DNA from: Gracilinanus agilis
Lineage: Eukaryota
Assembly (NCBI RefSeq): GCF_016433145.1
Contig: NC_058132.1
Span: forward strand, 90,757,766 to 90,821,765
Length of the DNA: 64,000 nt
Reading direction: 5' to 3'
Shown: in pieces, positions 25,738 to 39,336 of the stretch
How positions within the stretch are numbered: the first letter of the stretch is position 1
How the letters are laid out: each line of letters opens with the position of its first letter
The notes under the pieces: model-generated
The model's input: only the letters and a program-made list of their open reading frames with translations
The model's database searches: none
What the model was told of the DNA's origin: nothing
Position numbers and translations under genes: made by a program

Positions 25738-28576
25738 TCTAGAATAGTATAGTTGAAAAAGCACAGGAGACTTGGTTTGGAGTCCTGCCCCTAATTCTTT
25801 CCCAATAGGTATGAAAAATAGGAAGTCCCTCACCCACTCCAGTATAATGGCTCCTAATGGCCTTAAAAACAGTAGTTTTACAGTTCTGCCATGGAGTCTC
25901 CCTCAAGACCTTCCTTGGGGACACAGACACCTTTCATTACTCACTTTCACTTCCTAGAAAAGCAGCCAGTGGTAGGGTAAAATATTGGCTTGGGACCTCC
26001 TCCTCACTCTTCTTGAGGTGGTGTTTGAGAAGCTCTGAAGAGAAGAATGAATTCCAAACTCCATGGATAGATACTAGATTGTGGATATAGACTAAGACAA
26101 GGTATTAGAGGTATGAAAAGTAGTCAGAGAAAGGGGAAACATAATCAGGGACTGGGGGTGCTCAAGGGATCAAGGGTGAAGGATCATCAGTTGAGGCTCA
26201 TTGCCTCTCCAGAAAGATAACATTGGGGTGGAAAACTGTGGCCTCTTCCAACAGCCATAGAGCTGATTTGGGAAATAGCTGAGCTTCTTTTAAAGAGACA
26301 AAGTAGAAAGAGGAATATATCTTGGTGAATAGAATATTCTGGAGTCATAAAACTTGTTGTACTATCCTTGCTGCTGATATGGTCCATAGCTTATTTCTGA
26401 TTTATCTAAACCACTCATCTTAGACTGCATTTAATCATCCTGTACTCTATGTCATCAGTCTCAACACCTTCCCCCTTGTCTCTTTTTGCTCTGTATTTCT
26501 TTCCCTTCAAGTAAGACCTTCCTTCCTATGACCACTATAATTATAACTGTTTATATTTATGTAGTACTGTTATGTGTATGTGTTTGTGTGTGTATGTGTT
26601 TGTGTGTGACTCTCTCATACACACACAAATACATATACTATGAGATAGGTGGTATAAGTATTATCATGGATTTGAAATCAATGAGAGTTCACATCTGGAC
26701 TCAAAGCCTTGCTAGTAGTGTGATTATGGGCAAGCAATTTAGCTCTAGTGTCTTCATCCGGAAAATGGGGATAATAATAATCTAGTCTTGTGATAAATAA
26801 TAAAATAATGTATTTAAAGGACATTGAAAATCTTAAAGTGAATCATAAATCCTAGCTATTATATCCATTATACAGATAAAAAACTGAGATTCAGAGAAAT
26901 CCTGTCCTTAATCTCTGTCCTTGCCCGTCAGTGACAATTGCCAGACTAGTCTTTGTACTTTCACACCTAATTGTCTTTTCGCAACACCTCTATGCCTTAC
27001 CCCACCTCCAAATCTCTATTCTTCCCACTTGGAATGCTCTTCTATTCACCAGCTTCTTACCCTTCTTCCCCAATCCACTCATCCTCCTCTTTCCACCTTA
27101 GTTTCCTAAACTGTAAAATAGAAATCATAATTGCACCTAACTCACCAGGTTATTGTGAATATGAAATAAGAGAGTAGCTATAAAGTACTTAGAACAATGT
27201 CTGGCATATAGTACATGTGTAATAAATATTTGTTCTCTTTCCTTTCGCTAATGCTCCAAAACAGATTCTCTTTTTTCTCACTTTGCACTAGCCCCTCCTG
27301 AGCACTGTAGTATTTAGATTTGGCTGGATATCAAAAATTATATCCTTCTCTGGTGCATGGAGTAAGGGGAAAAGATAAAAAAGGGAAGAAAAGAAAAATA
27401 AATATAGAAACATGTCAAGATGCTTTATAAACACTAGTTATTAGTTCTGTAGACCTGAAGACCAGATTGATAGCCTCTGTTTTTCCACTGACTTGTTAAA
27501 TTACTTTGAATAATTCTTCCATCTCTCTTGGTTTCAGTTCCCTCATTGCTTAAAATAAAAGTAGAGATTAAATTATCTCTGCCATTCTTCAGGGTTCTTT
27601 AACACTCAGAGAAAGAGAAGCGCCAGTAATTTATTAGTTAATAATGTTGATTTGCTATTTAATGTATACAGAACTGTATGTTAGGTACTGAAGAAATAAG
27701 GAGATATCTGTGAGATAAAAATCATTTGGTGAAACAACTAGTCAGAGAAGTGGAAAATAACAAAAAATATGTGGAAATGCAATTGATATCTTTGAGGTTC
27801 TGAGTTCAAAAGGACCTTAAGGTAAATGTATGATCAGAGTGGGATCACATCATTTGTTCATTCATTCATTCATTTGAAAAATCATTTATATTCATTATAA
27901 AAATATGTATTTCTTGGTCTTATGGGTGCCAACTTTCAGAAAGGATGCCAAGAAGATGAATTGTAGCAAAGGGGATAGAGAAGGAACTCTAAAGGAACTG
28001 AGATTGGATAGCTTAGGAAAAGAGCATTTGGGGAGATGTGGTCCATAAGTTCAAGTATTTAAAGAGCTATCATGTGAAATAGTGATTATATTTATTTGAT
28101 TTATTATTATTGCAATTATTATTAACAATAAAAGTAACTACTGCTTATATAGCATCTTTAGGTTTGCAAAGGATTTTTTAATTATTATCTCATTTTACCC
28201 ACACATGTCTACCTCCATTTTCACTACTGTAAATGAAGAAAATAATAGCAACTGTCTCATTGAGTTGGGATAAGGATGAAATAAGATATTTCTAAATCAC
28301 TTAACACAGTGCCTGGCACATGTAGATGCAAAATAAAATTTTATTGCCTCCCCTCATCCTCTCAGTTCCCATCCAGTTCTTTGAAACTGATGAATGATTC
28401 CTATTTCTATAATATTTTTATATTTGCTAAGCACTTTCCTCAAGGCAACCTGGTGACATGTACAGTGAAGTTATTATTCCCACTTTACAGGTGAGGAAAT
28501 TAAAGTTAAGAGATGTTAGGAAACTTGCTCCTGTGCACAAAACTAAAGTGTCACAATCAGAAGTCAAATACAGATC

Positions 28577-28778
28577 TTTTTTTTTAAACCCTTACCTTCC
28601 ATCTTGGAGTCAATACTATGTATTGGCTCCAAGGCAGAAGAGTGGTAAGGACTAGGCAATGAGAGTTAAGTGACTTGCCAAGGTTCACACAGCTAGGAAA
28701 TGTCTGAGGCCAGATTTAGACATAAGACCTCCCATCACTAGGCTTGACTCTCAATCCACCCAGCCAACCAGCTCTTCC
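28577..28778 (-). mobile_element. SINE1-type SINE
   Basis: aaacccttaccttccatcttggagtcaatac... reverse tail plus core. Confidence 0.85.
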
Positions 28779-29814
28779 TCCTCCCCCCCTCCCCGGTCTT
28801 CTAACATGTACACTTCCTCAGCTAGCTTATATCTCAACCAAACCTGCCTATGAGTCATTTCCCACACTCAATATTCCATCATCCACCTCTGTCCCTTTGG
28901 CATAGTTGCTTTCAATTCTTATAATGTATTTCTTCTTCCTCCCTTTCCCCTGGAATCCTGAGCTCCCTTCAAGATTCAACTAAGGCACCATCTCCTCTGC
29001 AGAACCTTTCTTAAACTCCCCATTGTTGTTAATGTTCTCCATCTTCTCAAATTATCTGATTTACTGCTCTATGTATATGCCCTATCTTCCAAGAATGAGT
29101 AAATATCTTGAAAGGATCTTTTGGTTTTGTTTCAGGACCTTAGCATAATGCCTGAAGTATAATAGTAGACATTTTTTAAATGCTTGCTGAAATTAATTCA
29201 AATGAATCCTGACTTTAAGTCCAGCATACTTTGCTATATGTGTGCCTTCACCTATCAGCAAGTTATAATTACATTAGTGAATTGAAAGGTTCTTTGGAAA
29301 GAATACACATAGAACCTTCAGGGTTAGTAGGGACAGATTTCTTGCATGGATATCCAGTTTTATTTAAGCAAACAGCAGATCTTTCAAAGATGGTGGCAGA
29401 AACTGTGGAGGTCCCTGATCCTTGCCCTTTGGAGTATGCTGAGCCCTACACATGATGGTTGAAGGAGAGATCATTAGTTGGATAGAGATCTCATAATGAA
29501 TGACTCATTCTTTGATATTGATGGATTTTTATGCCCCTTCAGAACTTAGGCAGAAAAATAATGGCAGTGACTTCATGAACTGTCTAGGGGTTCACAGGTG
29601 CCAGGCACCTCAGGGAGAGGTAAAGACTAGAAAAAACCTAAATCATATCCTTGGAATTTGGAAGAAACCAGAATGAATTGGAAATGCATGCCTCAGGAGT
29701 GTGTATATGAAGTCAATGTCACTTGCTGTATTCTACACTTCTGGAAAAGACATAGGTAGCTGAGGGAATTTACAAAAATGACCATTTTCTCAGTAAAGTT
29801 GGAAAAAGTGTGGT

Positions 29815-30060
29815 AGAGTCAGTTCAAATAGCTCACTAGAATCAGTTGTTAAATTTTTAATGTAAGGATTTACACATCAGAAATTGACAAATAAAAAAAA
29901 TTGACAAATGCTGCAAATCGGGGCTTGATTTGTTGTTTTCTTGATTGTCTAGACATACAAAAATGAGGGCAAAGATATATTAATAATGCAAATTTAACTC
30001 TAAATTATACCATCTGTACATTTTTGGAAATCCAGTTATTAAGCATTTACCAAAACAGTC
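29815..30060. mobile_element. Old hAT-Tip100-like MITE
   Basis: Right end ccagttattaagcatttaccaaaacag resembles Tip100-group termini. Confidence 0.4.
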
Positions 30061-30469
30061 CAGGCTAGAAACAAAGACTTTTAGAAGTACATTTGGAGAC
30101 TTATGGAGAAGGACCAGGGAAGGTTTCAGAGCAAAGGAGCAATACATTAGTAATTATTAATTCATTAGATACTTATAGACAATTCAGATTTTTTAAAACC
30201 AACTTTTAACATAGGGAGTGTAACATCCATGATCTTAAGTGGGGTCAAAGCTGTCTCACAGGAGCCAAATGGAGTTGTATGTTTTGGGGCAAAGAATTAA
30301 TATGATAGCAACATGTCCTCCTGGAAATCTTCCCTGACACCTCAGATACTCAATACTCACTTGTTCCTCTTAGCTTCTGTGGAATTTGTCATTGGTATAT
30401 CTCATTTTTCCATTTAGTACATACTGCCAGGTGGCATTTCTTGCCTTGTTATTTTTGATATCATAAATT

Positions 30470-30492
30470 GTTCTTCTTTGGTTTCCATTCAG
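30470..30492 (+). promoter_or_regulatory. Probable splice acceptor for OR52K (+)
   Basis: ttcttctttggtttccattcAG|gtcaatca with AG at 30491-30492; a homologous site lies upstream of the second K gene. Confidence 0.55.
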
Positions 30493-30648
30493 GTCAATCA
30501 CTTCCTAATTTCCATGAGGTTGTATCATGGGGCCCAAAGAAAGTACTCATAATTGCAACTCAGAGTCTGAGTTATCAAATCCTGTCTATCCTGGGTACTT
30601 TTAATGGAAAAAGAGCACTAAGAAGGCAGCCCTAGGTTAGCCCCGCTC

Positions 30649-31602
30649 ATGACAGCCATGTCAGCTTCCAATATTACTTCCCTACATCCAGCCTCTTTCC
30701 TGCTGATGGGAATCCCAGGCCTAGAGCACCTGCACATCTGGATCTCCATCCCCTTTTGTTCAGCCTACATCCTTGCCCTGCTAGGTAACTGTACTCTTCT
30801 CTTCATCATCTGGACAGATCCTGCCCTCCATGAACCCATGTACCTCTTTTTGGCCATGTTGTCAGCTATTGATCTTGTCCTCTCCTCTTCTACACTTCCC
30901 AAGATGCTGGCGATTTTCTGGTTTGGTGATCATGAGATCAACTTCCATGCCTGCCTGACCCAAATGTTCTTCCTCCATTCCTTCTCCATTATGGAGTCAG
31001 CCGTCCTCCTGGCCATGGCCTTTGATCGTTTCGTGGCCATCTGCGAACCACTGCGATACGCCACAATACTGACACGACCGCTCATTGCCAGGATTGGAAT
31101 GGCAGCCATAACTCGAGCAGTGACGCTCATGACCCCACTTCCCTTCCTGCTCCGACGCTTCCTCTACTGCAGGAGTCGCGTCATTGCCCACTGCTACTGT
31201 GAGCACATGGCAGTGGTCAAGTTAGCCTGCGGCAATACACGGTTCAACAATATCTATGGAATCGCAGTAGCGCTGATGATAGTGGGGCTGGACCTCCTCT
31301 TCGTGGTCCTTTCCTATGCTCTGATACTTAGGGCAGTGCTGAGACTGGCTTCTCAGGAAGCTCGTTACAAAGCCTTTGGAACATGCGCATCCCATGTGGG
31401 TGCCATTTTGGCTTTCTACACGCCTGTTGTAATTTCATCAGTTATGCACCGGGTGGCCCGTCACGCTGCTCCCCACGTCCACATCCTTGCAGCCAACTTC
31501 TATCTGCTTTTCCCACCCATGGTCAACCCCATTATCTATGGAGTCAAGACAAAACAGATCCGTGAACGAGTCCTAGGTTTTTTCCAAAGAAAGAAGATCT
31601 AG
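30649..31602 (+). CDS. OR52K1-like: Class I olfactory receptor, OR52K subfamily, intact (317 aa; Met4 at 30658 is an alternative start)
   Basis: All OR motifs present. Diagnostic OR52K segments GNCTLLFII, TLMTPLPFLLRRF, HCYCEHMAVV, TPVVISSVMHRVARHAAP and FPPMVNPIIYGVKTKQIRE. Confidence 0.95.
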   Translation: MTAMSASNITSLHPASFLLMGIPGLEHLHIWISIPFCSAYILALLGNCTLLFIIWTDPALHEPMYLFLAMLSAIDLVLSSSTLPKMLAIFWFGDHEINFHACLTQMFFLHSFSIMESAVLLAMAFDRFVAICEPLRYATILTRPLIARIGMAAITRAVTLMTPLPFLLRRFLYCRSRVIAHCYCEHMAVVKLACGNTRFNNIYGIAVALMIVGLDLLFVVLSYALILRAVLRLASQEARYKAFGTCASHVGAILAFYTPVVISSVMHRVARHAAPHVHILAANFYLLFPPMVNPIIYGVKTKQIRERVLGFFQRKKI

Positions 31603-33109
31603 ATGGGAGTCAGTGAGTTCATTATAGAGCTGTATGGGAGATGGCAAGGAAAGAGTTTCCCATTTCTCCCCTGACCCTAAGTGGGACAAGGAAGAAATGA
31701 GATACTTTTCCTTCCTCTGGACACTAATCTGAAAAAATATGTAGGGAAATACAGTCTCTACCCTTGATTCAGATACTTGCCCTTCAAGAAATACTGACCA
31801 ACTGTAGAAGGAGCAAAATCCCTCGGTGAGTCTTAAATCAATAGGAGAAGATTAGTTCACACTAAAGCAGAACCACAAAAAAAATTTCCCAAATGACAAA
31901 CCAAAGACCACAAATTAGTAAATTGATAGGAAAGAGCTGTATAAATATAGTTTTTCATTACCTAACACAGGTCCAGTTCCTCCCCTTTGTTGCTTTTCTG
32001 AACTCCCATAGGAAGGAATGGAATAATTTGAGAAAAGAAGTAAATGGGTATCTTGTCCATTCACCCAGGACATACTTTCCAACAAACCTTCCTTAGGCAC
32101 TGACTATTCACAGTGAACTGAGTGTGAGAGGAGAGGGAATAGCAGACTCTCTCTGCCAACCAAAAGATTAGGGTTTGCTCAGAAGTCTCTAATGCACATA
32201 TAAATCTGAAACAGAGGCAATTCCTCATGTTAAGGGCCCTGAAATCTTAACAAACTGTCAGAGAACTACATGGGAGACTAAAGCCTCATGTGAAGGCAAT
32301 GAAATGGAGATAGCTCTCCTTTCTAAGACTCATTGCCCGGTTTCTTCCCATTCCCAAGGCAGCCCAGTAAAGGGGACAAGGATCTCAGAGTTCTCAGTGA
32401 ACTCAGAATACAGTACTTGTAGACAGTTTGAACTGCTTGGAAGTTTTTCCTTTATTAAATTAAGATCTCCCTCTCTGCAACTTCCACATACTGTTCCTTT
32501 TTTCCAAACAATAAATCTGTCTTGCATATGAGAGGTCTTCAGACATTTAAAGACAATTATTATTTCTTCCCACAAGTATTCTTCTACGGAATGAAAAAAA
32601 ATATTTGGATTTGTGAAGTATTTTATATATTATCTCATGTTATCTCATTTGAATCTCACAGTAATAGTATTGCAGTTACTATTCATCCCAATCTTACAAA
32701 TGAGAAAACTGAGCCTCAGACAGCTTATATCTCAGCTTCAGTCACACAAGTGCCAGAGGTAGGAATTGAATGACAATTATTTATAACTCAAAAATCTAAC
32801 ACTTTACTTACTAAAACATGCTTCCTTATAGTGCTCAGCATCTCCAGTTCCTTCTGCCAAACTTGATATAATATAGTCACTAGTTCTCTCACCATACCAG
32901 TCATCCTCCTGTGAACACTCCACAAATATGGCTGTGGAATCTAGAAGTAAACCCAATCTCAAGATGTAGTCTTATCAGGAAAGAGTACATTACATGTTCA
33001 GCTCTCCATATTTTGTTTCCTTAAGTGTAAGATTATATTAATATTTTTGTCTACCATATCATGATCTAGTCTATTAAAATAAATAGTAAAGACTGATCCT
33101 TACTTAGGT

Positions 33110-36100
33110 AATATGTTTTTTTCCAATTACATGTAAAAACAATATTTAACATTCATTTTTTTATTTTGAGCTCCAAATTATTTCCTTTTTTTCCTCCCCT
33201 GACCACTCCTTAAAAAGGCAAGCAATTTGTTATATTATATGTGTGTAGTCATATAAAACATAATTCCATATGAGTCATGTTGTGAAAGGAATCACAGGCA
33301 AAAAAAATAAAAAAGTAGGAAATAGTATTCTGCAAGCTACATTCAGACTCCATCAGCTCCCTCTCTTGAGATAGAGAGCATCTTTCATCATAAGTCTTTC
33401 ATAATTTTCTTTGACCTTGGTATTGCTGAGAATAGTTATCATTCAGAGTTGATCATCATACAATGTTGATGTTAACTGCGTACAATTTTCTCCTGGTAGT
33501 GTTCCCTTTGCTTTGCATCACTTCATGTAAGTCTTTCCAGGTTTTTCTGAAAGCAACCTGTTCATCATTTCTTATAACACAATAGTATTACATCACAAAC
33601 TTATACCAAAACTTGTTCATTCATTCCCCCAATTGATGGTCATCCCCCTCAATCCAATTCTTTGCCATTGCAAAAAAAAGAGCTGCTAAAATATTATTGT
33701 ACAAAAAGATCCTTTTTTTGTTCTCCTTGGGAGACAGACTTTGTAGTGGTATTTCTGGGTCAAAGGGTATATACAATCTTATAGCCCTGTGGACATAAAT
33801 CCAAATTGATCTCCAGAAAGGTTAGATCAATTCGTAGTTCTACCAAAAGTGCATTCATGTCCCAATTTTCCCACATCGTCTCCAACATTTATCATTTTCC
33901 TTTTCCTTCATGTTAGTCAATCTAATGTGTGTATGATGTGGTAACTTGTTTTAATTTCCATTTCTCTAATCAATAGTATTTTGCAGCATTTTTTTTCATA
34001 CAACTATTCATAGCTTTGATTTCTCCATCTGAAAACTGCCTGTTCATATCCTTTCACTTTATCAACTGGAGAATGATTAATATTCTTAAATTTTTTTCTC
34101 AATTCTCTATATATTTGAGAAATGAGGCCTTTATCAGAGAGTCTTGCTATAAAATATTTCCCCAATTTTCTGCTTTCTTTCTAATCTTGATTGCATTGGT
34201 TTTGTTTGTGCAAAACCTTTTTAATTTAATATAATCAAAATATCCATTTTACATCTCATAATGCTCTCTCTTGTTTGGACATAAATTTTTCCCTTATCAT
34301 AAATCTGACAGCTAAGCTATTCCATGCTCCTGTAATTTGCTTAGGGTATCACCCTTTCTGTCTATACCATGTATCCATTTTGACTTTTTCTTAGTACATA
34401 GTGTGAAATGTTGGTCTGTAACTAGTTTCTGCCAAATTTCTTTACACTTTTCCCAGGAGTTTTTGTCAAACAGGGAGTTCTTGTTCCAAAACCTAAGATA
34501 TTGGCATTTATCAAATATCAGATCACTACTGGATGCATAATCTATTCCACTGTTCCATTACTCTATCTCTCTGTCAGTGCCAGATTATTTTGATGATTAC
34601 TACTTTATGATACATTTTGAGATATAGTACAACTGGGTCACCTTCCTTCTCATTTTTTTGCCATAAATTCTCACTTGGAATTCTTGAATTTTTGTTCTTC
34701 CTAATAAATTTTATTATTTTTTCTAGCTCTATAAAATGTTTTGATAGTTTTAATGGTATAGAACTGAATACGTAAACTAATTTGGGTAGAATCATCATTT
34801 TTATTGTATTGGCTTGGCCTATCCATGAACAATTCATATTTTTCCAGTTCTTTGGATCTGACTTTATTTGTGCAAAAAGTTCTTTATAATTGTTTATAAT
34901 AATTATAGTTCCTGGGTTGTCTTGACAGGTAGACTCTCAAGATTTGTCTACAGTTGTTTTTTTTTTTTAAACCCTTAACTTCTGTGTTTTGACTCATAGG
35001 TGGAAGAGTGGTAAGGGTGGGCAATGGGGGTTAAGTGACTTGCCCAGGGTCACACAGCTGGGAAGTGTCTGAGGTCAGATTTGAACCTAGGACCTCCCGT
35101 CTCTAGGCCTGACTCTCAATCCACTGGGCTACCCAGCTGCCCCCACTACAGTTGTTTTTAAAGGAATTTCTTTTTCTACCTCTCACTACTAGACTTTGCT
35201 GGTAATATATAGAAATTCTGATAGTTTGTGTTGGTTTTATCCTGAAACTTTGCTAAAGTTCATCATTATTTCAACTAGATTTTTATTTTAATTTTAGGAT
35301 TCCCTAAGTATATCATCATATCATCAGTAAAGAGTAATACTTTTGTTTCTTCATTGACTATTCTAATTTCTTTAATTCCTTTTTTTTCTCTTGCTTATCC
35401 AGATATTATAGATATTATAGATAATACTTACTGGTAGTTTTAGATAAATACTACTTTTTTAAAAAGCTTCATTTATTACTATAGTTTCTAGCATTTTTAA
35501 GAAAAATGTGTTGTATTTTGTCAAAAGCTTTTCCTGTATCTATTAAGGTAATTATATGATTTCTCTTGGCTTTGTTAATATAATTATGATTAATTATACT
35601 GATAGTTTTCCTAATATTGAACCAGCCCTGCATTTCTGGTATGTTCCACCCACAGTATATGATTTTGTGATATATTGCTATAATTATCTTGCTAGTATTT
35701 TGTTTAGAATTTTTGCATCAATATCCTTTAGAAAATTTGATCTATAATTTTCCATCCTTTTTTTTTCCTCTTTCTGGTTTAGATATCAGTACCATATTTG
35801 TGTCATAAAAGGAATTTGGTAGGGCTCCTTTTTTGCATATTTTCCAAATAGTTTATGTAATTTCAGAATTATTTACTCTCTAAATATTTGGTAGAATTAA
35901 TTTCTGAATTAATCTTGTGCTGGGGGTTTTTTTCTTAGGAATTCCACTGAGGGATTTTTCAATTTTATTTTCTATGATGGAGTTAAGTATTCTATTTCCT
36001 CTTCTGTTCATCTGTGCAATTTGTAGTTTTATAAATATTCATGAGTTATTAGATTCATTGGCATATAACTGGACAAAGTAACTTCAAATAATTGCTTTAA

Positions 36101-38575
36101 ATTCTTCTTAATTGGTGGTGAATTCACCCTTTTCATTTTGATACTGGTAATTGGTTGTCTTTTTTCTTTTTTAATCAAATTAACAAATGGTTTATTTATA
36201 TTATTGGAGGTTTTTTTTCATAAAACTAGGTCTTACTGTTATTTATTAGTTCAATGATTTTCTTACTTTGAATTTTATTAATCTCTCCTTTGGTTATAAA
36301 GATTTAAAATTTTATATTTAATTGGGGATTTTTAATTTATTCTTTTCCTAGGTTTTTAATTTGCATGACCAATTCACTGATTTTCTCTTTCACTATTTTA
36401 TTCAAGTCTACAGTTAGAAACATAAAATTTCCATTGGGTTCTGCTCTGGCTTCATTCCACAAATTTTGGTATGTTGTCTGGTTATTATCATTCTCTTTAA
36501 TGGACTTATTGTTTCTATGTTTTGTTCTTTGACCAACTCATTCTTATGGATTAGAATAGAATTTAGTTTCCAATTAATTTTAAGCTATCTTTTCATGGCT
36601 CTTTATTGAATTTAATTTTTATCGTATTATGATCTGAAAGGGATGCTCTTAAATATTTCTACTTTTCTGCATATGTGAGGTCCTTATGTCCTAATAAATA
36701 GTTTATTTCTGTGTAGGTGCCATGTACCACAAAGAAAAAGTTATATTCCTTTCTATTCCCATTCAGTTTTCTTCAGAGGTCTTTCATAATCTAACTTCTT
36801 AAAATTTCTTTTCATCTCCTAAACTTCTTTTGGTTTTCGGGTGAGGAAGGGGGATAGATTTTCTAGGTCTGAGAAAGAAAAGTTGAGTTAGTATAGTTAC
36901 TATCTATTTCTCAACTCATTTAACTTTTCCTTTAAAAATATGGATGATATACCATTAGGGACCTGTATATTCAGTATTTAAATTATTCTATTATTTCATT
37001 TTTATGGTACCTTTTTAATCAAGATGCAGTTTCCTTCCTCAACTCTTTTAATTAAACACATTTTTGCTTTTAATTTGTCCAAAATCATGATTGCTACATC
37101 TATTGGGTTTTTTTTACTTCAGCTGAAGGATAATAGATTTTGCTCTAGCTTCTTGCCTTTACTTTTTGTATGTCCCTCTTTTTCAAGTGCATTTTTTATA
37201 AACATTATATTGTAGGATTCTGATTTTTAATCCACTGGCTATCCATTTCTATTTTATAGGCAAGTTTACCCATTGCCATTCATTGTTATTATTATTATTT
37301 CCCTCCATACTATTTACTCTATTTTCTCTCTCCTTTCACTCTGACCCTCCTCTAAAGTGTTTTGCTTCTTACCACCACATCACCTTATACACCTTCCCTT
37401 CTATTGCCTCTCTATCTTCTTTGTCTTCCTTCTATCCTACTTCCCTACAGGGTAAGATAGATTTCTATATACACATGAATGTGTATGTCATTTTCTCTTT
37501 GAGTGAATTCTGATGAGAGTAAGGTTCAGGTGTTGTCTACCACTCACCCATCTTCCCCTCTATTGTAAAAGCTCATTCAAGTTTCTTTAATGTAAGATAA
37601 TTTATACCATTCTACCTCTTATTTCCTCCTTCTCCAAGTGCATCCCTCTTTCTCACCTCTTAATTTTGCTTATGGGATTTTTTCTTTTGGATATCATCCC
37701 CTCATAGTCAACTCACAGTCTATGTACTCTGTCTATGTACACTCCTATTAATTATCTTAATAATAATAAAATGTTTAAAGATTACAAATGTCATCTTCCA
37801 ATGTAGAAATATAAACAGTTTTAATCCTTTATGATTTCTCTTTCTGATTTGCCTTTTTATACTTCTCTTGAGTGTTGAATTTGAAAATCAGATTTTCTAT
37901 TCAGCCCTTGTCTTTTCATCAAGAATACTTAAAAGCCCTTTATTTTCCCTTAATGGAAAGGTGTAGGTGATTCTTGCTTCTAATACTAACTCATTTGCCC
38001 TCCAGAATATTATATTTCAAGTCCTCCTATCCATTAATGTAGAAGCTATTAATCCTGTATCATCCTGACTATGACCCCACAATATTTGAATTTTTTTCTT
38101 TCTGGCTGCCTACAATATTTTCTCTTTGATTTGGAAACTATGAAATTTGGCTAGAAGTTTTCATTTTGAGATGTCTTTTAGGAAGCGATCAGTATATTCT
38201 TACAATTTCTATTTTAACCTCTGATTCTAGGATATCAGGGCAGTTTTCCTTTAAAATGTCTTAAATTATTAAGTCTGTACTCTTTTAAATTTAAAAAAGT
38301 CCCCAGCAATCTTCTTCTGACCAGTTGCCTGCCCCACTCCCTGTTGTCTGTGGGCTGAGAGGTACAGAAGTCATCACTGCTTTTGCTGAACTGTGCTCCA
38401 CTTTTACCCCACTAAGATGGAACTTCTCTGCTAAGTCACAGTTTGAAAAATTGTTTCACCCTGCCCTTTTGTTGATTCTGTTACTTTAGAATTCATTTTG
38501 TGGCATTGTTTTAAAGTTGTATGGAGGGGAATGTGGGAGAGTTCAGATGAATCCCTACTTTACCACACCACCTTG
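33110..38575 (-). mobile_element. Long, internally deleted L1 (3'UTR, ORF2, ORF1 remnants, 5'UTR-like end)
   Basis: T-rich reverse-strand L1. ORF 34574-34837 (IGQANTIKMMILPKLVYVFSSIPLKL) is ORF2 RT/C-terminal sequence. Interrupted by a SINE at 34960. Confidence 0.85.
34960..35145 (-). mobile_element. Young SINE inserted in L1 ORF2
   Basis: Reverse copy with TSD ctacagttgttttt (34948; 35146). Confidence 0.9.
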
Positions 38576-39129
38576 ACCAACAATCCCTATTCAAGGAGTT
38601 TACATTCTTTTAGAGAGAATGTAAAATGAGCTGAAGAAAAAAATGGCAAGCCACTCCAGTATCTTTGCCAAGAAAATTCCAAATGGGGTCATGGGGAGTC
38701 AGACTTGACTGAAACAACTGAACAACAACAACAAATATGAATTGGGATTATTACCATATTATATTTATATGTCCCATCCCAGGTCTTTTGTGATTTGGGA
38801 TTGAATAAGCATATTTTAAGCAAATTCATTTATGTAATGTCAAGCATAGAGATAAAAGGCATTTTCCCTCAATCATTACTAGTGGCTATGTGTTCATCTA
38901 TAGGATTAGATATTTAATATATTTCACTCTACTAAAAGGAGGATTAGAAAGAGGGGAAATTTTGAGAAAGTAACATGAAAAGATGACTATAAGTGTCTAA
39001 TATAAATGATTCTACACACAGGCCTTAGGAATGTTCAAGTAATGAGTTCCAAAAAGGCCTTTCCATAATATGATAATAATTTCTAGAAATCAGGTTTAGA
39101 ATTTCACATATAAAATTGTATTGATAATC

Positions 39130-39336
39130 TTTTTTTAAAAACTCTTTCTTATCTCTTGTCTTAGAATTGACTTAAGTATTGGTTCTAAGATTAAAGAGCA
39201 CTAAGGGCTATACAATTGTGGTTAAGTGACTTGCTCAGGATCACACAAGGCAGGAAGTGTCTGAGGCCAGATTTGAATCCAAGTCCTTCAGACTCCATGC
39301 CTGTTTTTTAATACACTGAGCCATCTAGATGCCCCT
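39130..39336 (-). mobile_element. SINE (SINE1-type, diverged)
   Basis: Reverse core aagtgacttgctcaggatcacaca...ctgaggccagatttgaatcc. Confidence 0.75.
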
